The notes under the pieces: generated by a model
What the model saw: only the letters and a program-made list of their open reading frames with translations
What the model was told of the DNA's origin: nothing
The model's database searches: none
Made by a program: the position numbers and the translations under genes
Shown: piece by piece, positions 12,899 through 28,329 of the stretch
Numbering within the stretch: the stretch's first letter is position 1
Layout: the number at the start of each line of letters is the position of its first letter
From: the human T2T-CHM13v2.0 reference genome, Homo sapiens
Reading direction: 5' to 3' (one strand)
DNA: 64,000 nt
NCBI RefSeq assembly: GCF_009914755.1
Contig: NC_060930.1

Positions 12899-13299
12899 GG
12901 GAATTTGGACTATCTGCTATTTGGGATGCTCCCAGTTGAAAGGCATACTCTTCTTTTAGGAATTTGGACTACCTGCTATTTGGGATGCTCCCAGTTGAAA
13001 GGCATACTCTTCTTAGGAATTTGGACTACCTGCTATTTGGGATGCTCCCAGTTGAAAGGCATACTCTTCTTAGGAATTTGGACTACCTGCTATTTGGGAT
13101 GCTCCCAGTTGAAAGGCATACTCTTCTTAGGAATTTGGACTACCTGCTATTTGGGATGCTCCCAGTTGAAAGGCATACTCTTCTTAGGAATTTGGACTAC
13201 CTGCTATTTGGGATGCTCCCAGTTGAAAGGCATACTCTTCTTAGGAATTTGGACTACCTGCTATTTGGGATGCTCCCAGTTGAAAGGCATACTCTTCTT
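12899..13299. repeat. 57-bp minisatellite, 7 copies
   Basis: Unit aggaatttggactacctgctatttgggatgctcccagttgaaaggcatactcttctt starts at 12958, 13015, 13072, 13129, 13186 and 13243 (six identical copies); the first copy 12899-12957 carries a C>T change and two extra T. Confidence 0.97.
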
Positions 13300-15411
13300 A
13301 ACATCACTCCCTGTGAAAAAACACAGTTGTGAAATAGCACAACTCAATTTTTTCTGTCTCTTGGCAGAATGGACATTGGCTCTTAAAGCAGTTTCTTGTT
13401 TGTGTGACTAAAAAGGAATACACTAAGAAAAGCACTGAAGAAATACTACTGAGCCACAAGAATATATATAAGCAATGCAACTGAATTTCTAGGTATTAGG
13501 AAACTACTGCAGAAAATTTCAAACCCTGCAATGACCAGAGACAACGTGGCTCATTTCTAACCAAAAAGAAAATGAACTGAGAACATAAACACATAAACAG
13601 ATTCACAACAGCAGGAAGTACAGATATTAATTAAATGTCTAAACATGTATAAGAATAGCACTAATATTGAAACCCACTATTGAATAAAATTTTTAGTCAT
13701 GAATAAATTTCAGTTTCCCTTCTATTCAAGTCTTTTGCTGAAGAGAGTTCACATACTGTTTAATTTTAAATTTAATTATTTTTTTCTCTATTCACCCATT
13801 AATAATGGTACTAATTAATGAATACTAAGATGGCTAAAAGAGAAGAACAGGGATATCTTTGAATTAATGTAAGTATATTACTAATAAATGTGTGCAGGTT
13901 ATCAGGGAACAATGCTGTTTCTTATTCACTAGTATGAATTATACAGAGTAACAATAAGAAATGATCTTTTCCATAGAAGAACATGAACAAGTAAGCAAAA
14001 GACAAAGTGTATAGCAGAAATCAGCATGAAAGATATTCAGTGTCATAATTAAATTTTGTTTATTGTAAGCCTAAAGTATAAATTACAACCAAAGACATCT
14101 GCAACCTTCTTTTTTTCCCTTGCTACAGTATATTGCACACCTTGCCAAACATTAGTTCTCGTTAGATTAGACCACAAAGAAGTACACATTTAAGAGGAGA
14201 CACACAGAGGACCTCGCAGAGGCGTTTGGGCCCTGCATGCCTGTCACATTCAGACCACAGGGTGTGGCTGCAGTAGCTAGAGCTGGAGTTGTGAAAATGC
14301 CACCAACCTTGCCCAGTTATGGGCTTCCTACATCCTGTGACAGTCACACCTCCTTTCATTTCCAAGATGCTGTGTGTGCAGCATAGTTATCAGAAAGTAG
14401 GCCCAGTGCAGCACCAAACAATTCTTGAACATTTTTAAATGGCAAACTAGCTTTTTCCAATCTCCACTCCCTGGCAGGAAGGACTCAAGTAAAAAAGAGT
14501 TCTTAAATGAGGTCAATGAGGACAGAAGAAAACCAGTTTGTGAAAATCATTAGTTCAGAAAGATGAAAGTGAGACTATAAAATAAGAGCTAGGCAAATAT
14601 TTCCAAAGCCTAGCAAATATTGTTATCTGGGTCAGTCTGAAGCTGTTTCTTAATCTTCAGCATGAAACATATTAAGTTAGTATAGATCTCTCACATTTTG
14701 TTCTAAATCTGCCACAAAGTAATGAACAGAAAAGAAAAAATAGATATGTATTTTGTCACACTGTTCCGGTGATATCAGGAACTTTTTAGCCATACTACAA
14801 ATCTTTTTTCACCATGGGGAATAAAAAGCCTCTCAAAGAACAATCGTCATGACTCGTGATTAAATTCGCATTTTATGAAGATGTAGGTCATATTAATGAC
14901 CTTTGCCTCATTGAAAATTATTATACTTTCTCTTGCATAGGTCTGGCTTCTGTATACGAATGTTGTCTTTAGGAAAGTCATTCTCAGATGAAGACAAAAA
15001 ATGGATGGGCATTAAAGAAGAGAAAAATAATTCATTTTTAACTTTCTTAACATTCACAGGAACATTTCAGATACAAGTTTTCCACCCCAAAACGAAAAGC
15101 TCAGAAATGAACATTGTGGGATGCTAAGGCTTCATTGCTGATATTTCCCTCTGGGCTGGACCTGACTCTATTTACGGAAGGGGGCAGAACTTCCAGCATC
15201 CAAAGTCTGGGATCCCAGTCAGCACACCCAGCCTGCCTTCCCAAGGGGCTTCTTCCTGTGCGGCTGATGGCTGCTTCGTTTTGCACGGATGCCTGCCCGT
15301 TGGGATGCACCTGGCCGCCTGTGCACCACCATTTCCCAGAACTCCTCCGCCAGCAATGCAAGATCTCTCTATGTGAAACGTATCTTTATAAAGAGGAGAC
15401 GAAAGTTCTCT

Positions 15412-15424
15412 TGCCCTCTAGTGC
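15412..15424 (-). promoter_or_regulatory. Candidate CTCF site
   Basis: Minus strand GCACTAGAGGGCA matches the core CCASYAGRKGGCR at 12 of 13 positions; lies at the CpG-island shore. Confidence 0.5.
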
Positions 15425-15949
15425 AGGCTCTGCCGGGAAGCAACTGCACCATGACAGCGCCGCTGGAGTCTGACGCGCCAGGGCCTCCGCGCAGCCTTCA
15501 AGCCATTTCCCTCCCCCAGCCCTTCCTAAAATAGTCAGGGGGTGGAGGAAGGGAGGCTCCTAGAATCTGTTCAACGCCCTACCTCTCCCATCTGATAGTA
15601 GCAACAGTACCGACCATCACAATAAGAGGCTGGCTGCCTTTTGCTTCTGCACCATTGGAGCCCAGGAGATGTGCCACAAGCGGAAATGACAACTCAGAGA
15701 GGGGGATATTAATAGGGACATCTACGTACGAGATGCAAAGAGGCTCCCCAACCTCCTAGTCTCCTTATCTATGAGTATCGCACACGTACACACATCACTG
15801 CCACCACCCCCTCCCATCAAGCACGCAGAGCCCCAGCGTGCAGGCACAAACTTGCTGACAATTTGTCTGCAATGTGTTCGTCTTGCACCTCTCTCTCCTC
15901 TCCCTGTCTCTGTCTCTCCCTGTCTCCCAGTCTCTGTCTTTCCTTTTAC

Positions 15950-16117
15950 CTTCTCTCTCGGCCTCGTTCAGTTTCCCAGCAGCAAGGCGAAGCGAGCGAA
16001 CGCTTCCTCCCGGCTCTCTGCGCCCAGGCTCGGCGGGACCCCGGGGATGCGCGGCTGTCCGCCCGCCCTGTCGCCGGGATCGGGCGCGGTCTGCAGGACT
16101 GCGGGAGCCCAGCCGCC
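15950..16117 (-). other. SYNE1: Probable SYNE1 non-coding exon 2 (168 nt)
   Basis: Acceptor ttgtcctctgtcaccag|GG at 16118/16117 and donor GAAG|gtaaaa at 15950/15949; no ATG; fits the known structure with the start codon in exon 3. Confidence 0.7.
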
Positions 16118-16500
16118 CTGGTGACAGAGGACAACAATCTCAGCCCGCTGCGGCCGGCGGCCGCGGCCCGGCGCCCGCGCTCACCCTGGCTGGCTCGCCC
16201 ACACTCACTCCCGCGCCGGGCTGCTCAGCCGCGCTCCCCGCCCTCCGCGACCGGTTCCTCCTCCCGGCTGCTCGCTGGGGGGTGAGGCCTCCCCCTTCGC
16301 CCTCCCCCACGCATCTACTGCTCCTGTCGGGAAGGAAGGTCGCCCAGGCCGGTTCAGCCTCTGGGCAGGGTCCCTGCACCGCCCTGGCCCGCCACACCCC
16401 CTCCCCGGCTCCGTGCCCCGCGCCCCGCGCCCGGCTCCGGGATGCGCCGGTGCCTGGAAGAGCTGGGGGCGGGGACCCGGAGGCTCGCAGGCTTCCCTAC

Positions 16501-16700
16501 CTCCTGGAGATGCACGGCCTTGGGCGTTTCTCCGCAGCTGCAAAGCTGTGCTGTGACCCACCCGCTCAGCGAGCCTTTATACCGGGACCACCTCCCGGGG
16601 GTCGAGGTGGGAAGGAAATGTCCCTGAGAGCCGGGACGCGCTGCCTCCGCTGCCTGGAGGAGCTGCGCTGTCCTGCCAGCTAACTTTTGCCCACGGTTTC
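16501..16700 (-). other. SYNE1: Probable SYNE1 non-coding exon 1 (5' end approximate)
   Basis: Donor GGAG|gtaggg at 16501/16500 inside the CpG island; the TSS cannot be fixed from sequence. Confidence 0.6.
16574..16581 (-). promoter_or_regulatory. TATA box (TATAAAGG) with Inr-like TCACAG about 27-30 nt downstream
   Basis: Plus strand cctttata at 16574-16581; TCA/CA at about 16556-16552. Confidence 0.5.
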
Positions 16701-17880
16701 CACTGCCCGGGTGACCTTTCTGAGCGGAACCTATCCTGAAAGGCTGGGAGGTTCCCTGATGGTCCCAGGAAGGGCGTGATGCAGAGCAAAGAGCAAAACC
16801 CGCTGGCTCCTTTTTCATCAACTTCCGAAAGATCCTAAATCGTTTTGGCTGCCAAGTCAGTAGCAAATAACTTAATTTGAGGGAGACTGGTCAGGCTTTA
16901 TAGATCTTTTTTAATGTTATGTATAAAGTTTAGACTTCTTGAGAAAGCGCTTGACATCTTTAATTCTTGACTGTTTATTATGATGATTCTAAAAACCACT
17001 TTTAGGTTCTTCAGGTGCACTGTATGCACCCTGTACATTGCGGAGCCATTTGTATCTTTGGCCACAAGTCCTTCTCGTGGTGTAAGAGATCTTGGTGTTG
17101 CCTGGTAGCATTCAGGAGAATTTATTTTGTTGTGGTTTTATGGTATCCAGGCAAAGTCAAACACAGTCTCTCTTCACCAACAGTGAAGTCCAAGTCCAAC
17201 AGGATGATTGCAGCTAAAATAATCGAAGCCATGTTGCAATAATCTTAAAAGTAATAATCCCCCCCTTGAATCTCCAATCTGAACAAAACAGTCATTTATC
17301 CTCTAAATTTGCTGAAAGGAAGGAGCAGTTTATAAAGTAGATGAAGTTTCTCTTTGCTGCCTGCCTTTCCCTTACCTGCTGCCAACATTCCCACTGCCTA
17401 GCTTTCCATTTTCTTCAAATTCTCCTTCTTCTGGATCGTGTCAAAATAATAACATCTGAAACAAATCTGGTAAACCAGTCTGATGTGTTCTTCTTCTTTG
17501 TGCTGACTTTTGTTTTTTTTTAGAGAGAGAAACCAAACAATGGATCTCTATTTGCAGAACTTGCTACCTCCAAAAGTTGGGCCTGGAGGAGGAGTGTTTG
17601 GGATCACTCTCAATGTATGCCCTGCCTCTGCCTGAGGGCAACAATCCTGGGGCACCCCCAGAGCCCCTTGTGGAGACAACCACCAGAGCATAATTATTCC
17701 AGGTCAGCCCTCTGTGCCCAGTGGCCACAAAATGGGGTCCAGATTTCCAGGCTTGCCACTCAGAAGAAACAGATCAGAATGGCTCAGCTCACCCTCTCAA
17801 TCCCTACCTTCATAGAATCAATCCACCCTGCCGGCTTTTGAAGATGGGTAGAAAGTTATTGTGCCAACTTTGCCATTCTT

Positions 17881-18185
<305 letters not shown>

Positions 18186-18658
18186 ACCAACTTGCTATTC
18201 TACACGTTAAGCAACTACTTTCTTGGGTTTACTTACTTGAGAAGTGAGCCACTTAAAACACAAGCCTGAAACATTGCTTCCACCAACTAAAACTCCTCTA
18301 CTAGGCCTAATCTCTGTTCTCGCAGGCTGAGACAGACAGAAGCATAGAGCTGTCTTGCTGGCATTGATTCCCTATACAGCTGAAATCCCATTCTCAGCTA
18401 AACTTTATCCTCTGTAGAAGGACTAAGCACATTTTAGAGTTTTGCAAAGGGCTTGTCAGTTTCACACACCCCAGGGAAGGGTGTTGTAGCTCCATTTACT
18501 CAACAGCTATTGCTTGAACACTTACCACATAACAAATATTGTCCTAAGTGCTGGGGCTACCGTGGTAAGCAAACTCTGACCGGGCTCTTGCCTTCATGGA
18601 GCTTACAGTATGATGGGGGAAGAGCCAGACATTCATCAGAGAACCACACAAATACTTA

Positions 18659-19870
<1,212 letters not shown>

Positions 19871-19875
19871 TGTTG

Positions 19876-20241
19876 TGCTATAGACTGAATAGGTATGTTC
19901 CCCCACCCCCAAACTCATATGTTGAAACCTATCCCCAGTGTCATGGTATTAGGAGGTGTGGCCTTTGGGGGTGATTAGGTCATAAGGGTAGAACCCTCAT
20001 GCATAGAATTAGTGTGCTAATAAAAGGAACTTGGAGAAGTCCTTGCCCCTTCCACCATGTGAGAACACATCAAGAAGACAGCCATCTATCAACCAGGAAG
20101 TGGGTTCTCACCAGACACTGAATTTGAAGGTGCCTTGATCCTGGACTTCCAGCCTCCAGAACTGTGAGTAGTAAGTGTCTGTTGTTTGTGAGCCACCTGT
20201 ACTATAGTATTATGTTACAGCAGCCCGAACAGACTAAGACA
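19876..20241 (+). mobile_element. MLT1A-type MaLR solo LTR
   Basis: Begins tgctatagactgaat and ends cagcccgaacagactaagaca. Confidence 0.85.
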
Positions 20242-20259
20242 TGTGTCAAGAGGAAGTTA

Positions 20260-20500
20260 GAAAAGTATAATGGTTAAAGTATTGGGTTTTAAAGCAAGAA
20301 AGGCCTGGGTTTGAGTCCCAGCTTTACCATTAAGTGCCTATGTGATTTTTAGCTAGGAATTTAACCTCTTGTGAATTCAGGTTTACAACCCTGCAATTCA
20401 GGATTCTAATAGTATCTCATTCATAGAGCTGTTGTGGGGACTACATGAGCTAATGCCTGAATAGCACTCAGCACTTCAGTGCCTGGCATGTGGTCAATAA
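20260..20500 (+). mobile_element. MIR
   Basis: Text ggcctgggtttgagtcccagct...cagtgcctggcatgtgg. Confidence 0.65.
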
Positions 20501-20917
20501 ATGAAAGATATTATTAGCATCATTATTATGCTTCTAGTTATTATTACTATTAGTCTAGATGTTTCTGAAGTTGGCAAACCATCACTCTCCATTTCACATT
20601 GCAATAGCCTAATAGAGCTAGGACACCAGTTCCTGAGAGCAACAAAATACAATCCCAGGGCCATCACAGGCTGAGAGACAGCTGCCAGGACAGCAACCTG
20701 ACTTCCTCCTCCACCAGGCCCAGGGCCTGTCCTCCTCATCCGTCTTTTCATTCTGTCTCACTTTACAAAGAATCTTCTTCTTATATATCACTGTAGTTGG
20801 GCCCCCAAGGTCCCCTGTCTGCATTAGCAAGAGGTACCAAAGATAGCAACAGTTGCAGATTGCCTTCAGCCCAGCTTCATCCCAATGCCTGCATCATGGT
20901 GTTCTATACATTTGTAA

Positions 20918-21276
<359 letters not shown>

Positions 21277-22854
21277 TAATCATTTCTACTTCTGTCATTC
21301 CTACTTTAAGTATGTGTGTTGATACCATGACAAAACTTGCCGTAATTAAAATATGTTGTGGATTTATCAAAAGCAGCGGCCCCAGGATCTACCAGAAGTG
21401 CATCTTTATTCAAATGAACACGTGTGCAACTCAACAAATGGCTCTTTTCTTCCACCTCCCTCCCTTAGTCTTAAATCTCTTCAAAACCAACTTGTACACA
21501 CAGTGCAGTGAAACTTCAATCAAAGTAGCTCTCTTACTTTTTAAAGGTTAAGGGGCATTTTATCGGTCAGGGTCTTGATGTAGTCAGTAGAGGTCCGGCT
21601 TGGTCTTCTAGAAATCTAGGAGCCACTTGTTACGTAATGGCCTGTAGTGGAATCAATAGTCTGTTGACAAGGGAGAAAGGACAAACGAGGACAGAGGGAC
21701 TTATTTTCCTGACAAGTAAGTGCCTCAGGAGGATTTGCATTCAAAGTCCTCGGATTCACCCAAATCCTACAAATGCCCCTGTTCCAGTTCTCATAGCCCA
21801 CTCTTTACAATAAGAACTTTAGCTTTCATGTAAGAGACTTGACAAGTCTTTGAATTTATTTTATGCTGTAATTTTGCAACATGCAGAAGCGGACCTTAGG
21901 TCTGATTTTTGGCTATATCAGCAATGTAGCTACAAGGGTCCTAGAAGTCCTCTAGTTCTTGACCAGGCCTTGATCCAAAAGTGTAAAGTTTCCCAGCTTG
22001 CCGTTTTCTTTCTATGGTCTCTGGTGCAGTCAGAAGTAGATGACACACCCCATGGTCTTTCTCATTCTCTTTCCTACTTTCAGACTCTAGAGCAGCGGTC
22101 AACTTAGTCTCCACAATTCTTGATTTCAATAGGTCCTTCACTTCCGACAACCACAGGTGTTAATTCAAGGAAGTGTTTGCCACCATGTGCCATGTCTCTT
22201 CATAATTCTATTTTGCACTAGAATTAGGCAATTAGGTCATCACTGTAAGCAAATGCAACCAGGTCAAACAACAAGATTCTCATCTTTGAAGCTCTGGAAC
22301 CAATCTTGGCATGAAATATTGTGTCAGTCCAGATTCATTAAAGAAAAATCAAAGCAACTTAAGGAGTGTTGGAAAGGCTAGAGAAGTGATCATCATCAGG
22401 CTGCCTTCAGCTTTCAGGTAAGCACCATTGCAAGTGCAATCCAGAGCTCGGCAAGTTGCTGCTGCCACCCAGAGGTCAAGATACTGCAGCAAACCGCCAA
22501 CAGCATCACAGCTGCCCTTGCTCAGAGGCTAGGCCTGGTGAGGGAGCTGGGTGTTCAGCCAGCCTCTGTAAAACTACTGCCATTGCCGCTGGAGGGAGAA
22601 TTTCTCAGTGTCTACATTGCCTTCCAAATCTCATGTGAGAGCACTGGCAGAATGCAAATTTCACCCAAACCCCTCAGGAAAGGGAGCCTGAGAAATGTAA
22701 TGCCCAAACTTCTAGCTCCAGAGATACAGGAGAGAGCACAGAAAGAGGAGTGAATGCAGGTTGTTTGCCGAGAAACAGTATCCAGTACAAACACAGACTT
22801 GGGTGAACTGGTGAATGCAAATGTTTACTGAAATTAACATTTACAGAAATTCTA

Positions 22855-23166
22855 GGCTGGCCGCGGTGGCTCATGTCTGTCATCCCAGCACTTTGGGAGG
22901 CTGAGGTGGGTGGATTACTTGAGTTTAGGAGTTCGAGACCAGGTGGGCCAACGTGGTGAAACCCTGTCTCTACTGAAACTGCAAAAACAAAAATAGCTGA
23001 GTATGGTAGCACACGGCTGTAATCTCAGCTACTCAGGAGGCCAAGGCAGGAGAATCGCTTAAATTTATGAAACAGAGGTTGCAGTGAGTCAAGATTGTGC
23101 TCTGTACTACAGCCTGGGCCACAGAGCAAGACTGTCTCAAAAAAAAAAAAAAGAAAAAAAAGAAAA
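22855..23166 (+). mobile_element. Alu (old S or J)
   Basis: Dimeric Alu; TSD tacagaaattcta. Confidence 0.93.
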
Positions 23167-23634
23167 ATGTACAGAAATTCTACTTTAATAAGTTAAATCT
23201 TTTAAATCTCTTATAACTCTAACATTAATATTGTTTTAGAATTTTAAAAGTTAAGATTTTAATACTTTTTAAAAAATGAAACATTTTAGCATTGCTGAAT
23301 AAATTTTAAGATATTAATTCCCCAGTGAAATGTTCTTGTCCCTTTCTCCCCATGCTTCCTTCGGGAGTTGATCTTCTTAGACCATTGGTCTCTCCTCTAC
23401 TTAGCCACCCACTCCCGTGATCATAGTCTTGACCTTGTCATGATGAACAGTAACAATTATTTGTGATGATAATCTCAACTGGAAACACTCCACTCTCTGA
23501 TCACTGACTCTTTTGTTCCCAGTACTCTCCCTGTTGCATTCCAATTCCAATAACCCCTCAACTGAATAGGACCTCACATCCATTGGGAGGGTCACCGATG
23601 GCCCTTGGGATGCCTTTGTTTGAATTCTTCAAGA

Positions 23635-23934
<300 letters not shown>

Positions 23935-25923
23935 AGATATTTCAACTCCATCTTTTGGAAACTATTGTAAAAGATCACTTTTGATAAAACAAGATGGTTG
24001 AGTGCCATCTTTCAGAAAATTACAATGCGTACCCGAATCTTAAATTCCATTTATGGATGATGCCCACCTGAAAGATGTTACCTTATGTGTATGTAGTGCA
24101 TAACCCACATTAACCATATGTGGCTGCTCAGTGACAGTTGATTCTGCAATTTTTTTCATTGTCTATCTCCCCCTTTATATTCATCCCTTTTAAAATGGTT
24201 TAAATTCCACATGTAACCATCCTACTCACCTCTTGAATTTATCCTCAAGCACTGTCCCTCTCGCCTTGTCATACTCACTTGGCTAACACACATCCCTTGT
24301 TAAATTCAGCTCTGCCTACTTCGTGCCTGCACCCACACTGCTGAATATGGCTGGGGGAACACTACCTTATGCTAACTGGTCTTTGCCTTTATGGCAAATC
24401 ACTAAATCAAATGCCCCTGAATGCTCTATTTCTCTAACCAATATACTCTCCCACTTCCCTAAACAAATATCATACTTTTTCCTATCTTCCCAGATTTCCC
24501 CAAATGTTCCCCCATATCTAAATTTTCAGCTATTAACTTTGTTTTCTATTTATTATTTTAAGCAATCAAAGAGAATTTCCACAAGCTGCCACTAGCATAT
24601 GCATGCATGTTGTCAGTGCCTGCATATAATGTTCCAATTTGTCTTCTGTTGCTAGGAATGAACTCTTTAAGCTCCTAGTTAAGGCCACCTCCTCCACTTA
24701 TATATTCGATCTATCCCTTCCTGTCAACAATGTTTTTCTCTATTCCTAGCATCATGACTTTCTTTTCTCTTTGCTAGTTCATTCCCATCAGCATATAAAC
24801 ATGCTATTCCTCCCATATTAACAACAACAAACTTTCTTGTTCACCACCTAAACTCCAAATACTACCTCATTTCTCTCCTAAATTTTAAGAAAAATTTCTT
24901 GAAAGAGTGGTCTACACTCTGTTGGCAATTTCTCTCTTCCCACTTGCTCCCGAACTCACCACAGGCCAGCTTTCACCCCCAGCATGCCACCTTAGCTAGG
25001 TTACCAGCGACTTCTTTGCTAAACCTAATATTCCTATCTCTGTCCCTATCTTGATCTATTAGAAGCATTTAGTTATTTCCTCTTTCCTTCTCAAGATAGT
25101 TTTCTCACTTGGCTTCTGAACCTGCCTCTTCCCTCACTTTCTCTCTTCTGGCTGCTTCTTGGTCTCCTTTGCTGCATCCCTCTTATCTCCTCAACCTCTA
25201 GACTTTGGGGGACCAAGAGCTCCATCTTTGGTGCTTTTCTATTTCCCAGCTGCACTAATTCCTAGGGGATTTTATTCAATTTCATGGTGTTAAATATCAT
25301 GTGTATGCTACGAACTCCCAAATTTAGGTATCTAACCCAGATATCTCTTCTGAACTCCAGACTTCTATATCCAATTGCCTTCCCAGGCAGTTTAAGAGGC
25401 ATCCCAAATAAAGCTGGTCCAAAACTAAATCTGTGACCTTTTCTTCCAAACTTGCCCCTTTGTTTGACTTCCTCACATCATTTAATGGTAACTTCCATCC
25501 TTTTCAGTTGCTCAAGCCTAAAGTCTTGGCATCATACTTGACAATTCTTTTTTTCTCATTGCTCACCTTCAGTCCATTGGCAAACATGTTGATTCTATTT
25601 TTAAAACATATTCAGAGAACATCCTTGTTCTTAGAAAATAGACTCTAAAATATTTAGCAATTGTAGGGCATGATGTCTCTAACATCCTTTCAAGTAGTTC
25701 AGAAAACATAATATAATGAAACATAGAGAAGGATGGTTAAAGAAAGTAAATGGAGCAAAATGTCAGCAAACTGATGAATCTGGTTGGAAGGCATACAGGG
25801 AGTTTTGTGTAATACTCTTGAAACTTTTCTGTAGGTTACAAAAAGTCTAATGAATCTAAAATCTATTACTTATCAACTCCACCATTACTACCCTAGACAT
25901 CATCTCTAGCCTTCAAGCTACCC

Positions 25924-26237
25924 TTTTTTTCTTTTTTTTCTTTTTTTTTTTTCCTTTTAGACAGAGTCTCGCTCTGTCACCCAGGTTGGAGTGCAGTGGT
26001 GCAATTTCAGCTCACTGCAACCTCCACTTCCTGGGTTCAAGCCATTCTCTACCTCAGCCTCCCAAGTAGCTGGGATTACAGGCACCTGCCACCATGCCTG
26101 GCTAATTTTTTGTATTTTTAGTAGAGACAGGGTTTCACCATCTTTGCCAGGTTGGTCTTGAACTCCTGACCTTGTGATCCACCCTCCTCGGCCTCCCAAA
26201 CTGCTAGGATTACAGGCGTGAGCTTCCGTGCCTGGCT
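25924..26237 (-). mobile_element. AluS (Sc/Sg-like)
   Basis: Reverse Alu; TSD gccttca.gctac.c. Confidence 0.95.
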
Positions 26238-28329
26238 GCCTTCAGGCTACTCTTAACGTAACAGTCACATAAATCTTATTATATCATAAACCAGATGATG
26301 TCACTCCTTTGCTCAAAGCCCTCTAATAGCATTCCATATTACTTACAGTGAAGTCCTCTTATGATCTATAAAGCCCTATATGATTTGCCCCATCTCCTCA
26401 TTAACTACCTAGCCCCATCTGCAACCCTCCCCTTCACTTACTGACCCGCAGCTTGCATGCATTCCTTGATGTTCCTGAAGGTTACTAGGCAAGCTCCCAC
26501 TGCAGGACCTTTTTCCTTGATATTCTCTCTGCGGGCAAATTCAATTCTGAAAGTTGCTCATATTCACATGTCTGGCCTTCTAACTTTTTTCAGGTCTTTC
26601 ATCAAAGCATTACCCTCTCAGTGAACTCTTTCCTGAATGTCCTGTATAAAATTTTTAAACACCCTCCACTCTTCTTTGAACATTCTACCTTTATGCCATA
26701 CTTTATTTTTTTCTGCAGCACTTAGCACTAACATTGTATATATATTTTCTTACTTATCTAATTTATTTTATGTCTGTCCCTAAAATGTAAGCTCCATGAG
26801 GGCAGCTATTTCAGTATATTTGTTAACTCTTATGTTCTTAGCATTTAAAACAAGCACATAAAAGATACTCAATTTATGTTTGTTGAATAAATAAATGAAT
26901 GAACATACCAATCTCACTATGCCTTATGGAATTCTACATACCATCAATTATAAAGTTACGTTATTATCAAACCCATTAGAAACTGATTGCTCAAATCTCT
27001 GGGACATCCTGATCTTCAATGGGTCATCAATTAGGATATTCCCATGTTTCATGGTATAAAGTAATAGAAAAATATATTTTTTTCCCTTCAGCTCTTAATA
27101 TTATCCTTTCTTCTTGGTTCATAATTTTTTAACTACTCTAAAGCACTTCTGTCATTGTACTTTTGGCTCTGTTTGGATATACAGTTCTATGTCTGAAATG
27201 GTTTCTGATAAGTAGACAGCTCTGAAATCCCCTGATACATCCACTTCTGAGATGTTGTAGAGCTTTTCATATTCCCCTTGAGTTTGTGTAATTATTTAGG
27301 AATATTGGCAACTTTTCTTTGCCTTTATCATATATTAATTAATATCATCTACCTTTTGTCTGCCCTTATTTTTATTTTTTTTCTCAAAGGTTCTTAACAT
27401 TTTCTGGATCATTTAAAAAGCTTTTTTATAGGCCACTATCAGTCTATCTGACTTGTGCATAATGGCTTTGCTAAATACTATTTAGAACTGAGCTTTTGTT
27501 TACAAGATAACTGTGCCAGTAATGACATTAGGTTGTAGCTGAGTTTGCAGTGGGAGAGGATCATGTGGATTACATAATTTCTTAACTGGATTCCTACCAA
27601 GAGTGTTCCAGAGTGACTGAATGAACTCACTAGCACACACAGTTTTATCCACCACTTGGAAATACTTCAAGGAGCCTCCGAAAAGGAAAGACGATCTTTA
27701 CTTGTGAGTTTCTCCTTCCTGGTTTATTTCATTACCCATATCTATTTCCAGCTGGAAAATTTGTGAGAAATCACCAGATGAACATGTATCAGTTCAGATG
27801 CATTGTGATGCCAGGAAAAGAAAAGCCAGTGGACACAGGCAAAAATAAAAATAAAGGAGATTTATTAGCTTGCAAAAATCCAAAAGGATAAGTTTCAGGA
27901 TTCATTCCAGTTTACATCAACGATCTGGTTTCTTTCTATTCTTCTTTTCTGCTGTCCACATGTTGAGTTCATTCTAAGGCTGATCCTTATGTTTGTTGGA
28001 TGTGTACCGGCAATAATTAGACTGGTACATACTTTTGTTTCACCCACTGAGAGAGAAAGTATTTGTGTCTAAAATTCCATGCGAATGTCTTGAATATTGC
28101 TCTAATTAGGCTAGCTTAGGTTGTGTGCCTAGTGGCCTCCTCCCAACCACTTTGGTGAAGAAAAATAAAATGTTCTGATTGCCTTTCACCCAGTCAGACC
28201 CATCATTGGCATAACATCTTCCTGAAGCAAATGGCCTACATAGCAAAGTGTAGATACCTGTATTTGGCCCCAAAAGGAAAGGGAAGTCAGAAGTCACAAA
28301 CACTAGATGAGGGTAATTTGAGGTGAAGT

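Larger units (their letters stand above)
15950..16720. promoter_or_regulatory. SYNE1: CpG island / SYNE1 promoter
   Basis: Very GC- and CpG-rich stretch with GC boxes (ccgccc), about 8 kb upstream of the ATG exon on the minus strand. Confidence 0.9.

Noticed and set aside
12899-13299. CRISPR-like array or repeat-protein gene (ORFs 12905-13411 and 12964-13332)
   Set aside because: The units are contiguous and identical with no unique spacers and no cas genes; the ORFs stay open only because 57 is a multiple of 3
15771-16866. Overlapping 118-269 aa ORFs on both strands
   Set aside because: Stop-poor GC-rich CpG island; the translations are Pro/Arg/Ala/Gly-rich with no recognisable domain
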